The translations under genes were made by a program, and so were the position numbers. Under the pieces are notes generated by a model. That model saw only the letters and a list, made by a program, of their open reading frames with translations, made no database searches and was not told where the DNA came from. A stretch of DNA of 58,679 bases, filler included, from Actinomycetota bacterium (GTDB lineage Bacteria > Actinomycetota > Actinomycetes > JAKEEW01), in assembly GCA_046725875.1 (NCBI GenBank). It is 3 parts of 3 records of this genome, joined end to end, with 100 filler letters (N's around TTAATTAATTAA, not from the genome) between each part and the next. Parts side by side here need not be neighbours in the genome. Positions count along the whole stretch, not along the records: positions 18,372 to 44,632 come from JBKOZJ010000162.1; positions 44,733 to 58,679 come from JBKOZJ010000166.1; 1 more part is not named here. The stretch is one strand, 5' to 3'. The stretch's first letter is position 1; every line of letters begins with the position of its first letter. Shown here piece after piece: positions 39,179 to 49,512 of this stretch.

Positions 39179-39849
39179 TCGGGGTCCTGCTCGTCGACGA
39201 CCAGGCACTTGTCCGGGGCGGTTTCCGTGCGCTCCTTGACGCTCAGGACGACATCGAGGTCGTCGGCGAAGCGGCCGACGGCGATCAAGCGGTCGCGCTG
39301 ACCCGAGAGCTGCGACCCGATGTCGTCCTAATGGACATCCGCATGCCCGGCAGCGATGGCCTCACCGCCACCAAGCAGATCGCGGCCCGCCCGGAACTTT
39401 CTGGCGTACGCATCATCATCCTCACCACCTTCGACCTGGACGAGTACGTCTTCGAGGCGTTGCGCTTCGGCGCCAGCGGCTTCCTGGTGAAGGACACCGA
39501 ACCTGTCGAGCTGATCCAGGCAGTTCGCGCCGTGGCCCGTGGCGACGCGCTGCTGTCGCCAGGCATCACCCGCAAGCTGATCGCCGAATTCGCCGCGCAG
39601 CGACGCGAGCCGGTCGACACCCCGGCGCTCGATGTCCTGACCGATCGGGAGCGTGAGGTCATGCAACTGGTCGCGGGGGGGCTGACCAACGAGGAGATCG
39701 CCGAGCGCCTGTTCGTCAGCCCGGCGACCGCGAAGACTCATGTCAGCCGCGCCATGGTCAAGCTTGGTGCCCGCGACCGGGCCCAGCTCGTCGTCTTCGC
39801 GTACGAGTCGGGCCTAGTCCGCCCGACAAAGTCTCCCTTCGACCATTGA
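39175..39849 (+). CDS. NarL/LuxR family response regulator
   Basis: VDDQALVR, MDIRMP, LTDREREV...KTHVSRAMVKL. Confidence 0.96.
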   Translation: MIGVLLVDDQALVRGGFRALLDAQDDIEVVGEAADGDQAVALTRELRPDVVLMDIRMPGSDGLTATKQIAARPELSGVRIIILTTFDLDEYVFEALRFGASGFLVKDTEPVELIQAVRAVARGDALLSPGITRKLIAEFAAQRREPVDTPALDVLTDREREVMQLVAGGLTNEEIAERLFVSPATAKTHVSRAMVKLGARDRAQLVVFAYESGLVRPTKSPFDH

Positions 39850-39994
39850 GTGGCAGCCGGTCGTACCTGGTCGCCTCGGTGATACCGCCGCCGACGTAGC
39901 CGGATTGTCCTCTGCCGTACGACGCGGTGGCCGTGGTCGCTCGGACACGATCGATCACGTTCGGCGCAACAAACCGACGTGGAGGTCGATCCGA

Positions 39995-40264
39995 ATGCTT
40001 TATGCAGATCACTGGGACGGTGGCGGTGCCTGGTGGGGACTGTGGCTGGCCTGGATGGTGCTCTTCTGGGGCGCCGTACTCTTCCTGATCTTCCGGGTGG
40101 CCCGCCGGCGTGGCCCGTGGGGACCGTGGCAGCAGGAGCGGACCGGGCAAAGCGTGTTGGCCGAGCGCTACGCGCGCGGTGAGATCAGCGAGGAGGAATA
40201 CCGCCAGCGGCTCGCCGTACTCGACGCCGCGGCAAGGCGGCCCGATGATCGGGGGTCGCGATGA
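39995..40264 (+). CDS. SHOCT domain membrane protein
   Basis: One Trp-rich TM helix then VLAERYARGEISEEEYRQRLAVL. Confidence 0.9.
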   Translation: MLYADHWDGGGAWWGLWLAWMVLFWGAVLFLIFRVARRRGPWGPWQQERTGQSVLAERYARGEISEEEYRQRLAVLDAAARRPDDRGSR

Positions 40265-40290
40265 CTTCACCGCAGGCCGAGGCTCCCGCA

Positions 40291-40337
40291 TAGAAGGGGA
40301 CCCTTGCTCCAAACTCGTTGGAGCAAGGGCCCTTCTA
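40291..40337. terminator. Hairpin between convergent genes (terminator or REP-like)
   Basis: TAGAAGGGGACCCTTGCTCCAA-ACTCG-TTGGAGCAAGGGCCCTTCTA. Confidence 0.65.
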
Positions 40338-40361
40338 CCGAACCGTGGCGGGCCGCTCGGT

Positions 40362-41792
40362 CTATGGGGCGGGGGTGGTAGTCGAGTCGAGCCAGCCGTT
40401 GATGAGAGGCGTGAAGTCCTGCCCGGTGAAGTCGTTGACGAACTTGGTAAACGACGTCCGGTCCTGCGTCGTGTTCCGGTGCTTCTGGACCCACTCCCTT
40501 GCCATTGCGAAGAACCGGTCGTCGCCGACTCGCTGCCTGATCGCATGCAGCATCAGGGCCGGTGGGTAGTAGACGTTAGCCGAGCCGAAGTGGCCGGCGT
40601 TGTAGCGACCGGGCGGCCCATGGTCGGCCCGTAGCTGTCCGTCTTCCTGGCGGAAGTGACCGAGCCGATCGTCGACATGGACGCCGAGCTTGTCGGTCTC
40701 GTACAAGACCTGCGCATACATCGCCCAGCCCTCGTTGAGCCACATCCCGCGCCAGTCTCGAGGTGTCACGGAGTTGCCAAACCACTGGTGAGCAAGCTCG
40801 TGCAGCAGCACCTCCGGAGGGGCATCCATGGGCAGCGTGATCATCGTCTGGGTCTCCATCCCGGTCGACTCGTCGATGTGCATCGCACCGGCCGAGGCGA
40901 AGGGGTATAGGCCGAAGCGCTCCTCCAGCCAGCTGATCATCTCCGGTATCCTCGTGAACACGCCGAGGTCGTCGCGGTCCTCCGGCACCCAGTACGACAC
41001 CGGCAGACCGTGCGGTCCGCTGTCGGTCACCTCCCGATAGCGGTCGATGCCGAGCGCGATCAGATAGGTCGCCACCGGCTCAGCGGCCCGCCAGTTGTAG
41101 GTGATCATGCCGGCGTCCATTCGGTTGGCACTGGTGAGGGTGCCGCTTGACACGCCCACCCAGCCGGCGGGGACCGTGACGGAGATGTCGAGCAGCGCCT
41201 CGTCGGACGGCTGGTCGCTGCTGGGGAACCAGGTGAACGCGCCGTAGGGCTCCTGCAGCGCGAAGACCGAGCCGTCGGGCCGGGTGTGCCAGCCGACCGT
41301 GGTCAGGTCCTGCCGGACCACGGGACCGGGCGCACCCTGCGGCGAACCGTGGTAGCGGACCTCGAGCTGCACCTCACCGTCTGCGGGGATCCGGCGCCGG
41401 GTCGGCACGACGAGATCGTCGCCGTCGCGTGAACCCTGGATCGCCTGGCCATCGAGGCGGGTCTCGTCCACGACAAGGTTGTCGTCGAAATCGAGCCGCA
41501 GCTCTGCGGCAGGCTTTACGGCCCGGATCGTCAGCGTGGCGGCTCCGCTCAGCTGTCGATCTTCCGGGCGCCAGGCAAGAGCGAGGTCATAGTGGAGTAC
41601 GTCGATTGCTGGATTGCCGTAGTCCGGGTAGACGGGATCCGCCGCGGGATCCGACCGGCCGGCCGATAGATCACGAGGCGCTCCGGCCGGGGCGCTTGGT
41701 GCAGGTGGCTCGGTTGGCTGCGTTCCGCTATCACCGGTGCACCCGGCCGTCACCACCCCCACGGCGACAAGCAGCGCAACCCGGCGCATCAT
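40362..41792 (-). CDS. M1 family metallopeptidase, lipoprotein
   Basis: Lipobox VTAGC; GMETQ; HELAHQWFGN and WLNEG zinc motifs. Confidence 0.93.
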   Translation of the reverse strand: MMRRVALLVAVGVVTAGCTGDSGTQPTEPPAPSAPAGAPRDLSAGRSDPAADPVYPDYGNPAIDVLHYDLALAWRPEDRQLSGAATLTIRAVKPAAELRLDFDDNLVVDETRLDGQAIQGSRDGDDLVVPTRRRIPADGEVQLEVRYHGSPQGAPGPVVRQDLTTVGWHTRPDGSVFALQEPYGAFTWFPSSDQPSDEALLDISVTVPAGWVGVSSGTLTSANRMDAGMITYNWRAAEPVATYLIALGIDRYREVTDSGPHGLPVSYWVPEDRDDLGVFTRIPEMISWLEERFGLYPFASAGAMHIDESTGMETQTMITLPMDAPPEVLLHELAHQWFGNSVTPRDWRGMWLNEGWAMYAQVLYETDKLGVHVDDRLGHFRQEDGQLRADHGPPGRYNAGHFGSANVYYPPALMLHAIRQRVGDDRFFAMAREWVQKHRNTTQDRTSFTKFVNDFTGQDFTPLINGWLDSTTTPAP

Positions 41793-41931
41793 GACCGCAC
41801 ACTACGAGATCAAGCGGACCGTGCGGGAATACGAGGTCCCAGATCTGGTTTCGTTGAATGCTAAACTAAGTGCCGCACGGGTACAGGAAGCGCCCCGCCG
41901 GGGTTCCGAGCGGCCGAGCCGAGGAGATGCG

Positions 41932-42918
41932 ATGCCTGCCATCACCGCCGATACGCTCACGCTGCCCCGCGTAGCCGAACCAGCCTCCGATGTTCCGCAG
42001 CGTGCCGTCGTCTCGGTCACGACGGCGCCGTCTGGATTCGAGGGCGAGGGCTTCCCGGTACGGCGCGCGTTCGCCGGCGTGGACCTTGCCGACTTGGACC
42101 CCTTCGTCCATATGGACCAGATGGGTGAGGTTGACTACGGTGCCGGCGAGCCCAAGGGAACTCCCTGGCACCCGCACCGCGGCTTCGAAACCGTCACCTA
42201 CATGATCGACGGCATCCTGCGCCATCAGGACTCCAACGGCGGCGGTGGACTGATCACCGACGGCGACACTCAGTGGATGACGGCCGGCGGCGGGATATTG
42301 CATATCGAGGCGCCGCCCGAGGAGGTCGTGGCGCGCGGCGGGCTTTTCCACGGCTTCCAACTCTGGGTGAACCTGCCGGCCCGTCTCAAGCTGACACCGC
42401 CGCGCTACCAGGACATTCGCGGCAACTCGGTCGCACTGCTCAGCTCGGCCGACGGCGGTGCCCTCCTGAGAGTCATCGCCGGCGAGATCGGCGGCCACCA
42501 CGGCCCGGGGGTCACGTACACCCCGATTACGTTGCTGCACGCAACCCTCGCCCCGGGTGCCCAGGTCCGGCTGCCGTGGCGAGCGGATTTCAATGCCTTG
42601 GCGTACGTGCTTGCCGGGTCCGGCACGGTCGGTTCGCAGCGGCGACCGGTACGCCTTGGCCAGCTTGCAGTTTTCGGCCCCGGCTCGGTGATCAACGTGG
42701 CGGCCAGCGCGGGCCAGGAGAGCCGCAGCCCGCAGCTGGACGTGCTGATCCTCGGCGGGCTGCCGATCCGGGAGCCGGTCGCGGCTTACGGACCATTCGT
42801 CATGAACACGCGGGCCGAGCTGGTCCAGGCGTTCGAGGATTACCAGGCCGGCCGGCTCGGCACGATTCCCGCTGTGCCGGCCGAGCCGCGGCCCGGCCAC
42901 GTAGGCATTGATCGCTAA
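41932..42918 (+). CDS. Pirin family protein
   Basis: DPFVHMD, HPHRGFETVTY, WMTAGGGILHIE, QLWVNLP, YGPFVMN. Confidence 0.95.
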   Translation: MPAITADTLTLPRVAEPASDVPQRAVVSVTTAPSGFEGEGFPVRRAFAGVDLADLDPFVHMDQMGEVDYGAGEPKGTPWHPHRGFETVTYMIDGILRHQDSNGGGGLITDGDTQWMTAGGGILHIEAPPEEVVARGGLFHGFQLWVNLPARLKLTPPRYQDIRGNSVALLSSADGGALLRVIAGEIGGHHGPGVTYTPITLLHATLAPGAQVRLPWRADFNALAYVLAGSGTVGSQRRPVRLGQLAVFGPGSVINVAASAGQESRSPQLDVLILGGLPIREPVAAYGPFVMNTRAELVQAFEDYQAGRLGTIPAVPAEPRPGHVGIDR

Positions 42919-42973
42919 AAGGTGGATCGTACTGTCCGATGAGGGACAGTACGATCCACCTTTCGACGATCAT
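42908..42973. repeat. 66-bp palindromic REP-like element, copy C (free-standing)
   Basis: TTGATCGCTAAAAGGTGGATCGTACTGTCC-GATGAG-GGACAGTACGATCCACCTTTCGACGATCAT; 50-51/66 identical to copies A and B; 20-bp perfect stem. Confidence 0.85.
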
Positions 42974-42978
42974 GTGGC

Positions 42979-44632
42979 TCAGATGAACGGCACCCACGCC
43001 TGCCGGGCCAGGTCGTGGACGTCGCTGGCCATGGCACCCGCCGACGAGACTGTCCACAGCGTGTCGCCGATGACCAATGAGCGCCGGATTGTCGCATCCG
43101 CCCGTTGGGGCTGGTTTGCGGAGACCTGGTGAGACAGGTATCCCAGCCGCCTGAGCTCGTCGCCGTCTAGCCGGAGCACCAAGGCGCCACCGAACTGCGC
43201 ATGCTCGACGAACCCGGCAGAGCTGTCGGCGCTCGGCGCCCAGGCCGGCACCACGATGAGAGCATCATCGGGCCAGTAGAGAAAGGCGTGCGGGTCAGCC
43301 TCCGCCTCCGACCAGCCGCCTGCTAGCGCATACGTGTCGAGCCGCCGTGGCTCGGCCGGCTCTGCGACGTCGAACAGCGAGAGTTGGGTGCCCTGCGCCT
43401 GCCCGCGCGAGGTCGCGTCCTGCCCGATGCCCAGCAGCCTCCCGCCGTCGACCGGGTGGAGGTACGACGAGAAACCGGTGATCTTCAACTGGCCGACGAC
43501 GCGCGGCCGGACGGGGTCGGACAGGTCCAGCGTGTAGAGCGGATCGGTCTGCCGGAACGTCACGACATAGCCGACCGGGCCGATAAAACGCACCGAATAG
43601 ATCTGCTCGCCCTTGCCGAGCCCGTCGGCACGGCCGACTGCTACCAACCGGTCGCCGCGCTCGGCGAGGACGGTCACCGAACTCTCAGTGTGCGAGCCCG
43701 CCGGCTGCGGCGTTTCGACCGGCCCTCCGTCGCGCAGGATCGGGTTCTGCTCGGTGGTGGCGATCCGGAGGTAGTCGTCGAATTCGGACAGCGAGTACTG
43801 GTTGAGCAGCCAGCCGTCCACCGCCCCGGAGGCGACATAACGCGGCTTGCCGGGCTGGGAGACGTCGAACTTGTGGACCGTGGTCTGCGGCTTGTCGACC
43901 TCCGCTGTCCCGACGTCAGGAGCCGGCATCGGCAGGCCGAGTCCCCGTTGATCGTCGGCCACGTAGAGGCTCGAGCCGGTTCCGTAGACTGTCTCCCCGT
44001 CAGCGGCGATCGCCACCGAGTCCTTCGTCTGCAAAGATCCGGCGAGGTCGACCGACAGCACGGTCAGCATCGACGTCCCGGTGTAGGAGCGCGGATGGCG
44101 TACGTCCTCGCAGGCGACGATCGGCTGAGGGTTGCCGCCGCTGCGGCTGAAGCGAGGCAGCCAGTCGAGGGCCGTCGATCGGGCGAGGACGCGCCGGTTC
44201 TCGGCCAAGGCCGCGGCCTCAGAGCGGCCCTGGTCCGGATGGACGAACCTCAGGTGCGGCATGGATCGAACCACGAGACGGGCCTGCGAACCGACCTGGC
44301 GGGCGTCGACGTAGTAGCCGTCGAGATCGACGGTCTCAACCACCTTCGGTGCGGTCGACAGGTCGATGAACATCAACCGGGTTCCTTCCGGCGGATAGAT
44401 CATCCGCGTCGCCGTATCCGCTCCGACACCGCCGTCGGGGCCGCCCGGGCGATCCGGTTCCGGCATCGCGAAGAACGCCGTGCCGATCGCAAGCGCCCGG
44501 TCGCCGAAGATCAGGAGCTGGTTGGCATCCCACCGCCCTCCCTTCTGGTCGGAGAGCGGAAGCGTTCCCGTCACCCGCTTGGTTACTGGGTCCACCACGC
44601 GCAGCGTGCCGTCCATCAGAGTCACGATCCGC
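42979..44632 (-). CDS. Beta-propeller domain protein (Beta_propel family), 5' end lost at contig break
   Basis: GWLLNQYSLSE...LRIATT, GEQIYSVRF, VVTFRQTDPLY, LKITGFSSYLHP, DPHAFLY. Confidence 0.9.
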
Positions 44633-44732
44633 NNNNNNNNNNNNNNNNNNNNNNNNNNNNNNNNNNNNNNNNNNNNTTAATTAATTAANNNNNNNNNNNN
44701 NNNNNNNNNNNNNNNNNNNNNNNNNNNNNNNN
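44633..44732. other. Artificial contig linker
   Basis: N runs around TTAATTAATTAA. Confidence 0.97.
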
Positions 44733-44920
44733 CTCAACGAACTGCGGTTGCGCGTCATCGGCTCGTCGCTGCTGCCGCCGTCTTCGTCGCCCTCGACCGC
44801 TGGCAGCAGGACCCGGGCAAGAACGATCTGCTCGCCCTCCTCGACCAAGCAACCGACGCCTTGGCCGAAGGCATGCGCGAACTCCGGCCAAGTCCGCCGG
44901 CACGCGCGGAGACCACGTAA
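44733..44920 (+). CDS. C-terminal fragment of a probable TetR-family regulator (frameshifted, contig edge)
   Basis: LNELRLRVIGSS then, in another frame, AAVFVALDRWQQDPGKNDLLALLDQATDALAEG...TAA. Confidence 0.45.
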
Positions 44921-44965
44921 TGGACTGCCCTTGAAGTAGCAAGGCCACGCTCGGCTGGCCGGGCT

Positions 44966-47900
44966 TCAGGAGCTTGCCGCACTGGCCTCTGGCAGCAGCG
45001 CCTCGGCGTCCGCCGCCAGGCCGTGGGCTCCAAGCGAGAGGAACACCTGCCGTGCTTCCCGCGCAGGCTCGGACGCCTCGGCTGACCGCTGCAGGGCCGC
45101 CAGGCACCGCGCCTCCCCGAGCAGAGCCAGCCCGCGATGGAAGACGTGGTCCAGGGTGGTCCAGGACGACTTAGCGTGTTCGAACCCGGCGAGGGCATCC
45201 TCGTAGTGGCCGCGCTCCTCGGCCGCCTCGGCCTGGCTGGCCGCGATCAGCGCCTTTCCGACCGGGGAGCCGGGGACGAACGGTTCCTCGACCCTAGCGA
45301 TGCGTTCGGTGCGGTCCACGTCCCCCAGCGCCCGGGCCACCAGCACCCCGTCGAGGATGCCGTAGGTGCGGCCGTAGCCGGCGCCCGAAAGATCCTCCAG
45401 CAGCTCGTCGAGTAGTTCGGCGGCTCGATGCCGCCGGCCGGTCTCGAGAGCGATCAGGGCCGCCGTCGTGAGCGCCGGTCGGTACGCCTGGATGTCGCCG
45501 CCCTGCCTGGCCGCCGGAAGCAGCTCCTCCATCAGCTCCACGGCACGAGCGAGCTCGCCGCGATAGGCCCGCACCCGGGCCTCCTGGGTCCCGGCCATCA
45601 CGACCTGCATCCAATGGTGCTGGCCGCCGAACCATCGCCGGATCTCCTCGGCCGCTTCGAGTATCTCGTCCCATCGGCCGAGGTCGAACAGCCGCCACGT
45701 GGTCTCGGCCCGCTGCCACATCCGAGCGCCGCCGATGCCACGGCGCTCGGCGAACGCCATGCCCTCCTCGTAGAGGGCGAGCCCCGCGCGTGGCCCATCG
45801 ATGTTGGAGACCGAGTCTGCCAGGTTGTTGAAGGCGATGACGGTTTCCCTGCCCAGCCCCAAGTGCAAGCCGATGCGGAGTGCCTCATCGAGGTCGGTCC
45901 GACCATCCAGATCCCCGGCCATGGTGCGATAGCTCCCGCGATACTCGAGGGCGCGCATCCGGTAGTCGTCGAGGCCAAGGCGCTCGGCAAGTTCCAGCGT
46001 GGTGTCGGTCCAGGTTCGCCACTCCCAGTACCGCCCGGCGAGCATGTGGCCAGAGGCCCGGAGGGCATAGGCTGCGACCAGTTCGCGGCTCGGGCCGGCG
46101 GGCTCGAGCAGCTCGACGGCCTCATCGTTGATCCGCTCAGCCTGTTCGGTGGAGCCGGCCGCCTTCAGGTTGTCTGCGTACTCACGGAGCATGTCCCCCG
46201 CCCTTACGATGTCGCCATGCGCCCGTAGATGGGCGATGGCCGCCTCGTATGCGGCGGCCAGCTCCGTCCAGGCTGCCTCTCCCAGGTCGCCGGCGGCAGC
46301 CAGAGTCCGCACGTGAAGCACGGGGAACGAAGGATCCTCCGGTCGGAGGAGGGCCTCGGCCCGTCGATAGAAGTCCAGCGCCTTGCCGACGTCGAGTCGC
46401 TCAGCCCGGTCGCCGGCCATCTCAAGGACTTCCGCGGCCTTCCTTCGAAGCTCCTCGCCGGCGTCGCGGCCAGCGGCCGCAGAGAGCTCCAGGGCTCGCT
46501 CATAGTGGTGGGCGAGCAATTCAGCCTGGTCGGTCATTCGCTCGCCGACCGCGGATTCGATCCACTCCGCGACGGCCAGGTGCTTCGCCGCTCGTTCGGC
46601 CCGGGGGATCTGCCCGTAGGCCACGTCCCGAACCAGCGCATGCCAGAACGAGTACTCGGCCTGGTCCCGGACGGAGGTAACCCGCATCGTTCGCACGAGC
46701 TCTTTGCGGGAGAGGTCGTGGAGGCTGGTCCGGACGTTCTGCTCGTTGACGCCGGCCAGCGCGGCGACCGCGCCGGACCAGAACACCTTTCCAACCACCG
46801 CGGCGTTCTGCAGCAGGTCCTTCCGCGCTGCGCTCAGCGTGTCGAGCCGGGCGCCGATCAGCGCCTGCACGGTCTCGGGCATGGGGACGCTTCCCTTCCC
46901 GGCCATGATCCGAAGGGCCGGACCATGACGCTGCAGGATGTCCCGGTCGATGAGCATTCGGACGAACTCCTCCGCGTAGAGGGGGTTGCCTCCGGCCCGC
47001 TCGAGGAGCTCTGCCTGAATGTCGGCGGGCAGCACCGCTTGCTCAAGGAGCGCCGAGAGGAGCCTGGCAATGTCCGGCCCGGAGAGCGGCGACAGCGAGA
47101 TGGTCGTGGAGTTTCGCTGACCGCCGCCCCAGCCTGGATGCCGCTCGTAAAGCTCCGGGCGGGCCGAGCACACCACGAACATGGGAACCCCGGCGGACCA
47201 CTCGACGAGATGCTCGACGAACTCCACCAGAGGGCCGTCCGCCCAGTGGAGGTCCTCGAACACCAGGACCAGCGGCTGCCGAGCGGCGATCGATTCCAGG
47301 AACCGAACCCACGCAGCGAACGCTTCCTCGCGAGTGTCGCGCTCCGATTCGGACCCGCCCGCACCCACCAGTGGGGCCAGCCGCCCCCGCAGCCAATCGC
47401 GCTCGGCCGCGTCCTCGGTTACCACGCAGAGCGCCGTCTGTAGCTTCGACAGGACGACGTCGGCCGGGTCCGATTCGAGCACGCCGGCCTGCGCCTTGAC
47501 CATCTCGCCCAGCGCCCAGTAGGTCACTCCCTGCCCGTACGGGAGGCACCGGCCCTGCCGCCAGTAGATGCGCTCGGATCGGTCGTCCAGGTGGCGGCGG
47601 AACTCCCACAAGAGCCGCGTCTTCCCCACCCCCGGCTCGCCGGTGATGGTGAAGAGCTGGACCGAGCGCTCGTCCACCGCACGGGCGAACGCCTGGACAA
47701 GGAGGGCGAACTCGTTGTCTCGGCCAACGAACGGCGTTCTGGCGCGCTGCTCAACGTCGATGCCGAACCGGCTCCGGGCCTGCACCGCCCGCCAGATCGG
47801 GATGGGCCTCGCTTTGCCCTTGACCGTGACCGGGTCGAGGGCCTCGTACTGGATCAGGTCCTTCGTGGCCCGGTAGGTGACTTCCCCCACGACGACGCAG

Positions 47901-48424
47901 TCGACGGGTGCCACGGTCTGAAGCCGGGCGGCGGTGTTGACCACGTCGCCGGTGACCAGGCCCTCGCCCTTCTCCTGGTGCGCGCCCAGCACGACAACCG
48001 CCTCACCGGTGTTGATCCCGATCCGGACGGCAAGGCGTTCGTCCGCCCGCGCCGCATTGAGCTCTCCCATCGAATCGATAATGCGGAGTGCGGCCCGAAC
48101 GGCCCGTTCGGCGTCGTCCTCGTGAGCGACCGGGGCCCCGAACACCGCCATTACAGCGTCACCGATGAACTTCTCCGCGGTGCCGCCGTACCGTTCGATT
48201 TCGCTTCGGAGACGTGCATGGTAGGGGCCGAGGGTGGCCCGGACGTCCTCGGGATCCGCCTCATCGGAGCGGGCCGTGAAGCCGACCAGGTCGCAGAACA
48301 GCACGGAGACGAGCTTCCGCTCCTCCTTGCCACCGGCCTGCTCGGGAACCAGCGCGGAGCCGCAGGCGAGGCAGAATCGGGCCCGGGTCGGGTTGTCTTC
48401 ACCGCACTCGGGGCAAACGACCAC
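44966..48424 (-). CDS. Zinc-ribbon + class III adenylate/guanylate cyclase + AAA/STAND ATPase + TPR-like protein
   Basis: CPECG...FCLACG; VLFCDLVGFT, KFIGDAVMAVFG, GDVVNTAARL; GEPGVGKT; FEDLHWAD; GGNPLY. Confidence 0.94.
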   Translation of the reverse strand: MVVCPECGEDNPTRARFCLACGSALVPEQAGGKEERKLVSVLFCDLVGFTARSDEADPEDVRATLGPYHARLRSEIERYGGTAEKFIGDAVMAVFGAPVAHEDDAERAVRAALRIIDSMGELNAARADERLAVRIGINTGEAVVVLGAHQEKGEGLVTGDVVNTAARLQTVAPVDCVVVGEVTYRATKDLIQYEALDPVTVKGKARPIPIWRAVQARSRFGIDVEQRARTPFVGRDNEFALLVQAFARAVDERSVQLFTITGEPGVGKTRLLWEFRRHLDDRSERIYWRQGRCLPYGQGVTYWALGEMVKAQAGVLESDPADVVLSKLQTALCVVTEDAAERDWLRGRLAPLVGAGGSESERDTREEAFAAWVRFLESIAARQPLVLVFEDLHWADGPLVEFVEHLVEWSAGVPMFVVCSARPELYERHPGWGGGQRNSTTISLSPLSGPDIARLLSALLEQAVLPADIQAELLERAGGNPLYAEEFVRMLIDRDILQRHGPALRIMAGKGSVPMPETVQALIGARLDTLSAARKDLLQNAAVVGKVFWSGAVAALAGVNEQNVRTSLHDLSRKELVRTMRVTSVRDQAEYSFWHALVRDVAYGQIPRAERAAKHLAVAEWIESAVGERMTDQAELLAHHYERALELSAAAGRDAGEELRRKAAEVLEMAGDRAERLDVGKALDFYRRAEALLRPEDPSFPVLHVRTLAAAGDLGEAAWTELAAAYEAAIAHLRAHGDIVRAGDMLREYADNLKAAGSTEQAERINDEAVELLEPAGPSRELVAAYALRASGHMLAGRYWEWRTWTDTTLELAERLGLDDYRMRALEYRGSYRTMAGDLDGRTDLDEALRIGLHLGLGRETVIAFNNLADSVSNIDGPRAGLALYEEGMAFAERRGIGGARMWQRAETTWRLFDLGRWDEILEAAEEIRRWFGGQHHWMQVVMAGTQEARVRAYRGELARAVELMEELLPAARQGGDIQAYRPALTTAALIALETGRRHRAAELLDELLEDLSGAGYGRTYGILDGVLVARALGDVDRTERIARVEEPFVPGSPVGKALIAASQAEAAEERGHYEDALAGFEHAKSSWTTLDHVFHRGLALLGEARCLAALQRSAEASEPAREARQVFLSLGAHGLAADAEALLPEASAASS

Positions 48425-48521
48425 GCGAGAAGTCTAGAAGGCAGCTTCCGTACGGGCTGTGATCCGTGGCTCTCGCCCGCCGGCACGCCGCACGCGAATG
48501 GGTGGGTCGTAAGGTCGATGC

Positions 48522-49421
48522 GTGATCGACCGCGCCGGCGGGCCGGCCGGCGATGTGCGGCTCCTCGGCGCGGCGGACGTGCGAGAGCTTGCCGACCGCG
48601 TCGGCCTGCAGCCAAACAAGCAGCGCGGCCAGAACTTCGTCGTCGACCCGAACACCATCCGGCGGATCGTCCGGAGCGCGCAGCTCGAGCCGGCCGAGCA
48701 CGTTCTCGAAATCGGCTCGGGCCTCGGGTCACTCACGCTCGGCCTGCTGGCCGCGGGTTATCCGGTTATGGCCGTGGAGGTCGACCCGGTCCTGGCCGCC
48801 GCGCTGCCCGACACCGTCGAGCAGTTCGCTCCGGGTCATGCATCCGATCTCACCGTGATAACAGCCGATGCGCTGACCCTGACCCCGCCTGCCCAGCCCA
48901 CCGAGCCCACCGCGCTCGTCGCGAACCTCCCGTACAACGTCGCCGTTCCGATCCTGCTGCATCTGCTCGAGGTGGCACCCGCGCTCACCCGGGTCCTGGT
49001 GATGGTTCAGGCGGAGGTCGCGGAGCGGCTCGCCGCCCGGCCCGGATCGAGGGTGTACGGCGTTCCGTCGGTGAAGGCCAGCTGGTACGGCGAGGTGAGC
49101 CGGGTCGCCACGATCAGCCGAACCGTCTTCTGGCCGATGCCCAACGTTGATTCCGCCCTCGTCCGGCTGGTCCGGACCGAACCGCCGGCAACCGCGGCCA
49201 CTCGTGCGCAGGTCTTCGCCGTGGTGGATGCGGCGTTCGCGCAGCGGAGGAAGACGCTGCGCGGCGCGCTGGCGACCTGGGCGGGCTCGGCGGGTCGAGC
49301 TGAAGCAATCTTGCGTGCGGCGGGCATCGAACCGCGAAGTCGCGGCGAATCGCTGACGATCGCCGACTTCGCCCGCCTCGCCGAACACCGGCTCCGCCCG
49401 CCGATCCGTTCTGACACGTAG
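48522..49421 (+). CDS. rsmA: 16S rRNA m6,2A dimethyltransferase
   Basis: [40 protein letters not shown]. Confidence 0.96.
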   Translation: MIDRAGGPAGDVRLLGAADVRELADRVGLQPNKQRGQNFVVDPNTIRRIVRSAQLEPAEHVLEIGSGLGSLTLGLLAAGYPVMAVEVDPVLAAALPDTVEQFAPGHASDLTVITADALTLTPPAQPTEPTALVANLPYNVAVPILLHLLEVAPALTRVLVMVQAEVAERLAARPGSRVYGVPSVKASWYGEVSRVATISRTVFWPMPNVDSALVRLVRTEPPATAATRAQVFAVVDAAFAQRRKTLRGALATWAGSAGRAEAILRAAGIEPRSRGESLTIADFARLAEHRLRPPIRSDT

Positions 49422-49512
49422 CATCGAGAATCGACGCGGGGCCCTGGTCCAGCCGGGGTACTCAGGATGCCAAGAGTTGGCGCGAGCGCGACGCCAAGGA
49501 GGAGCCCAGACT

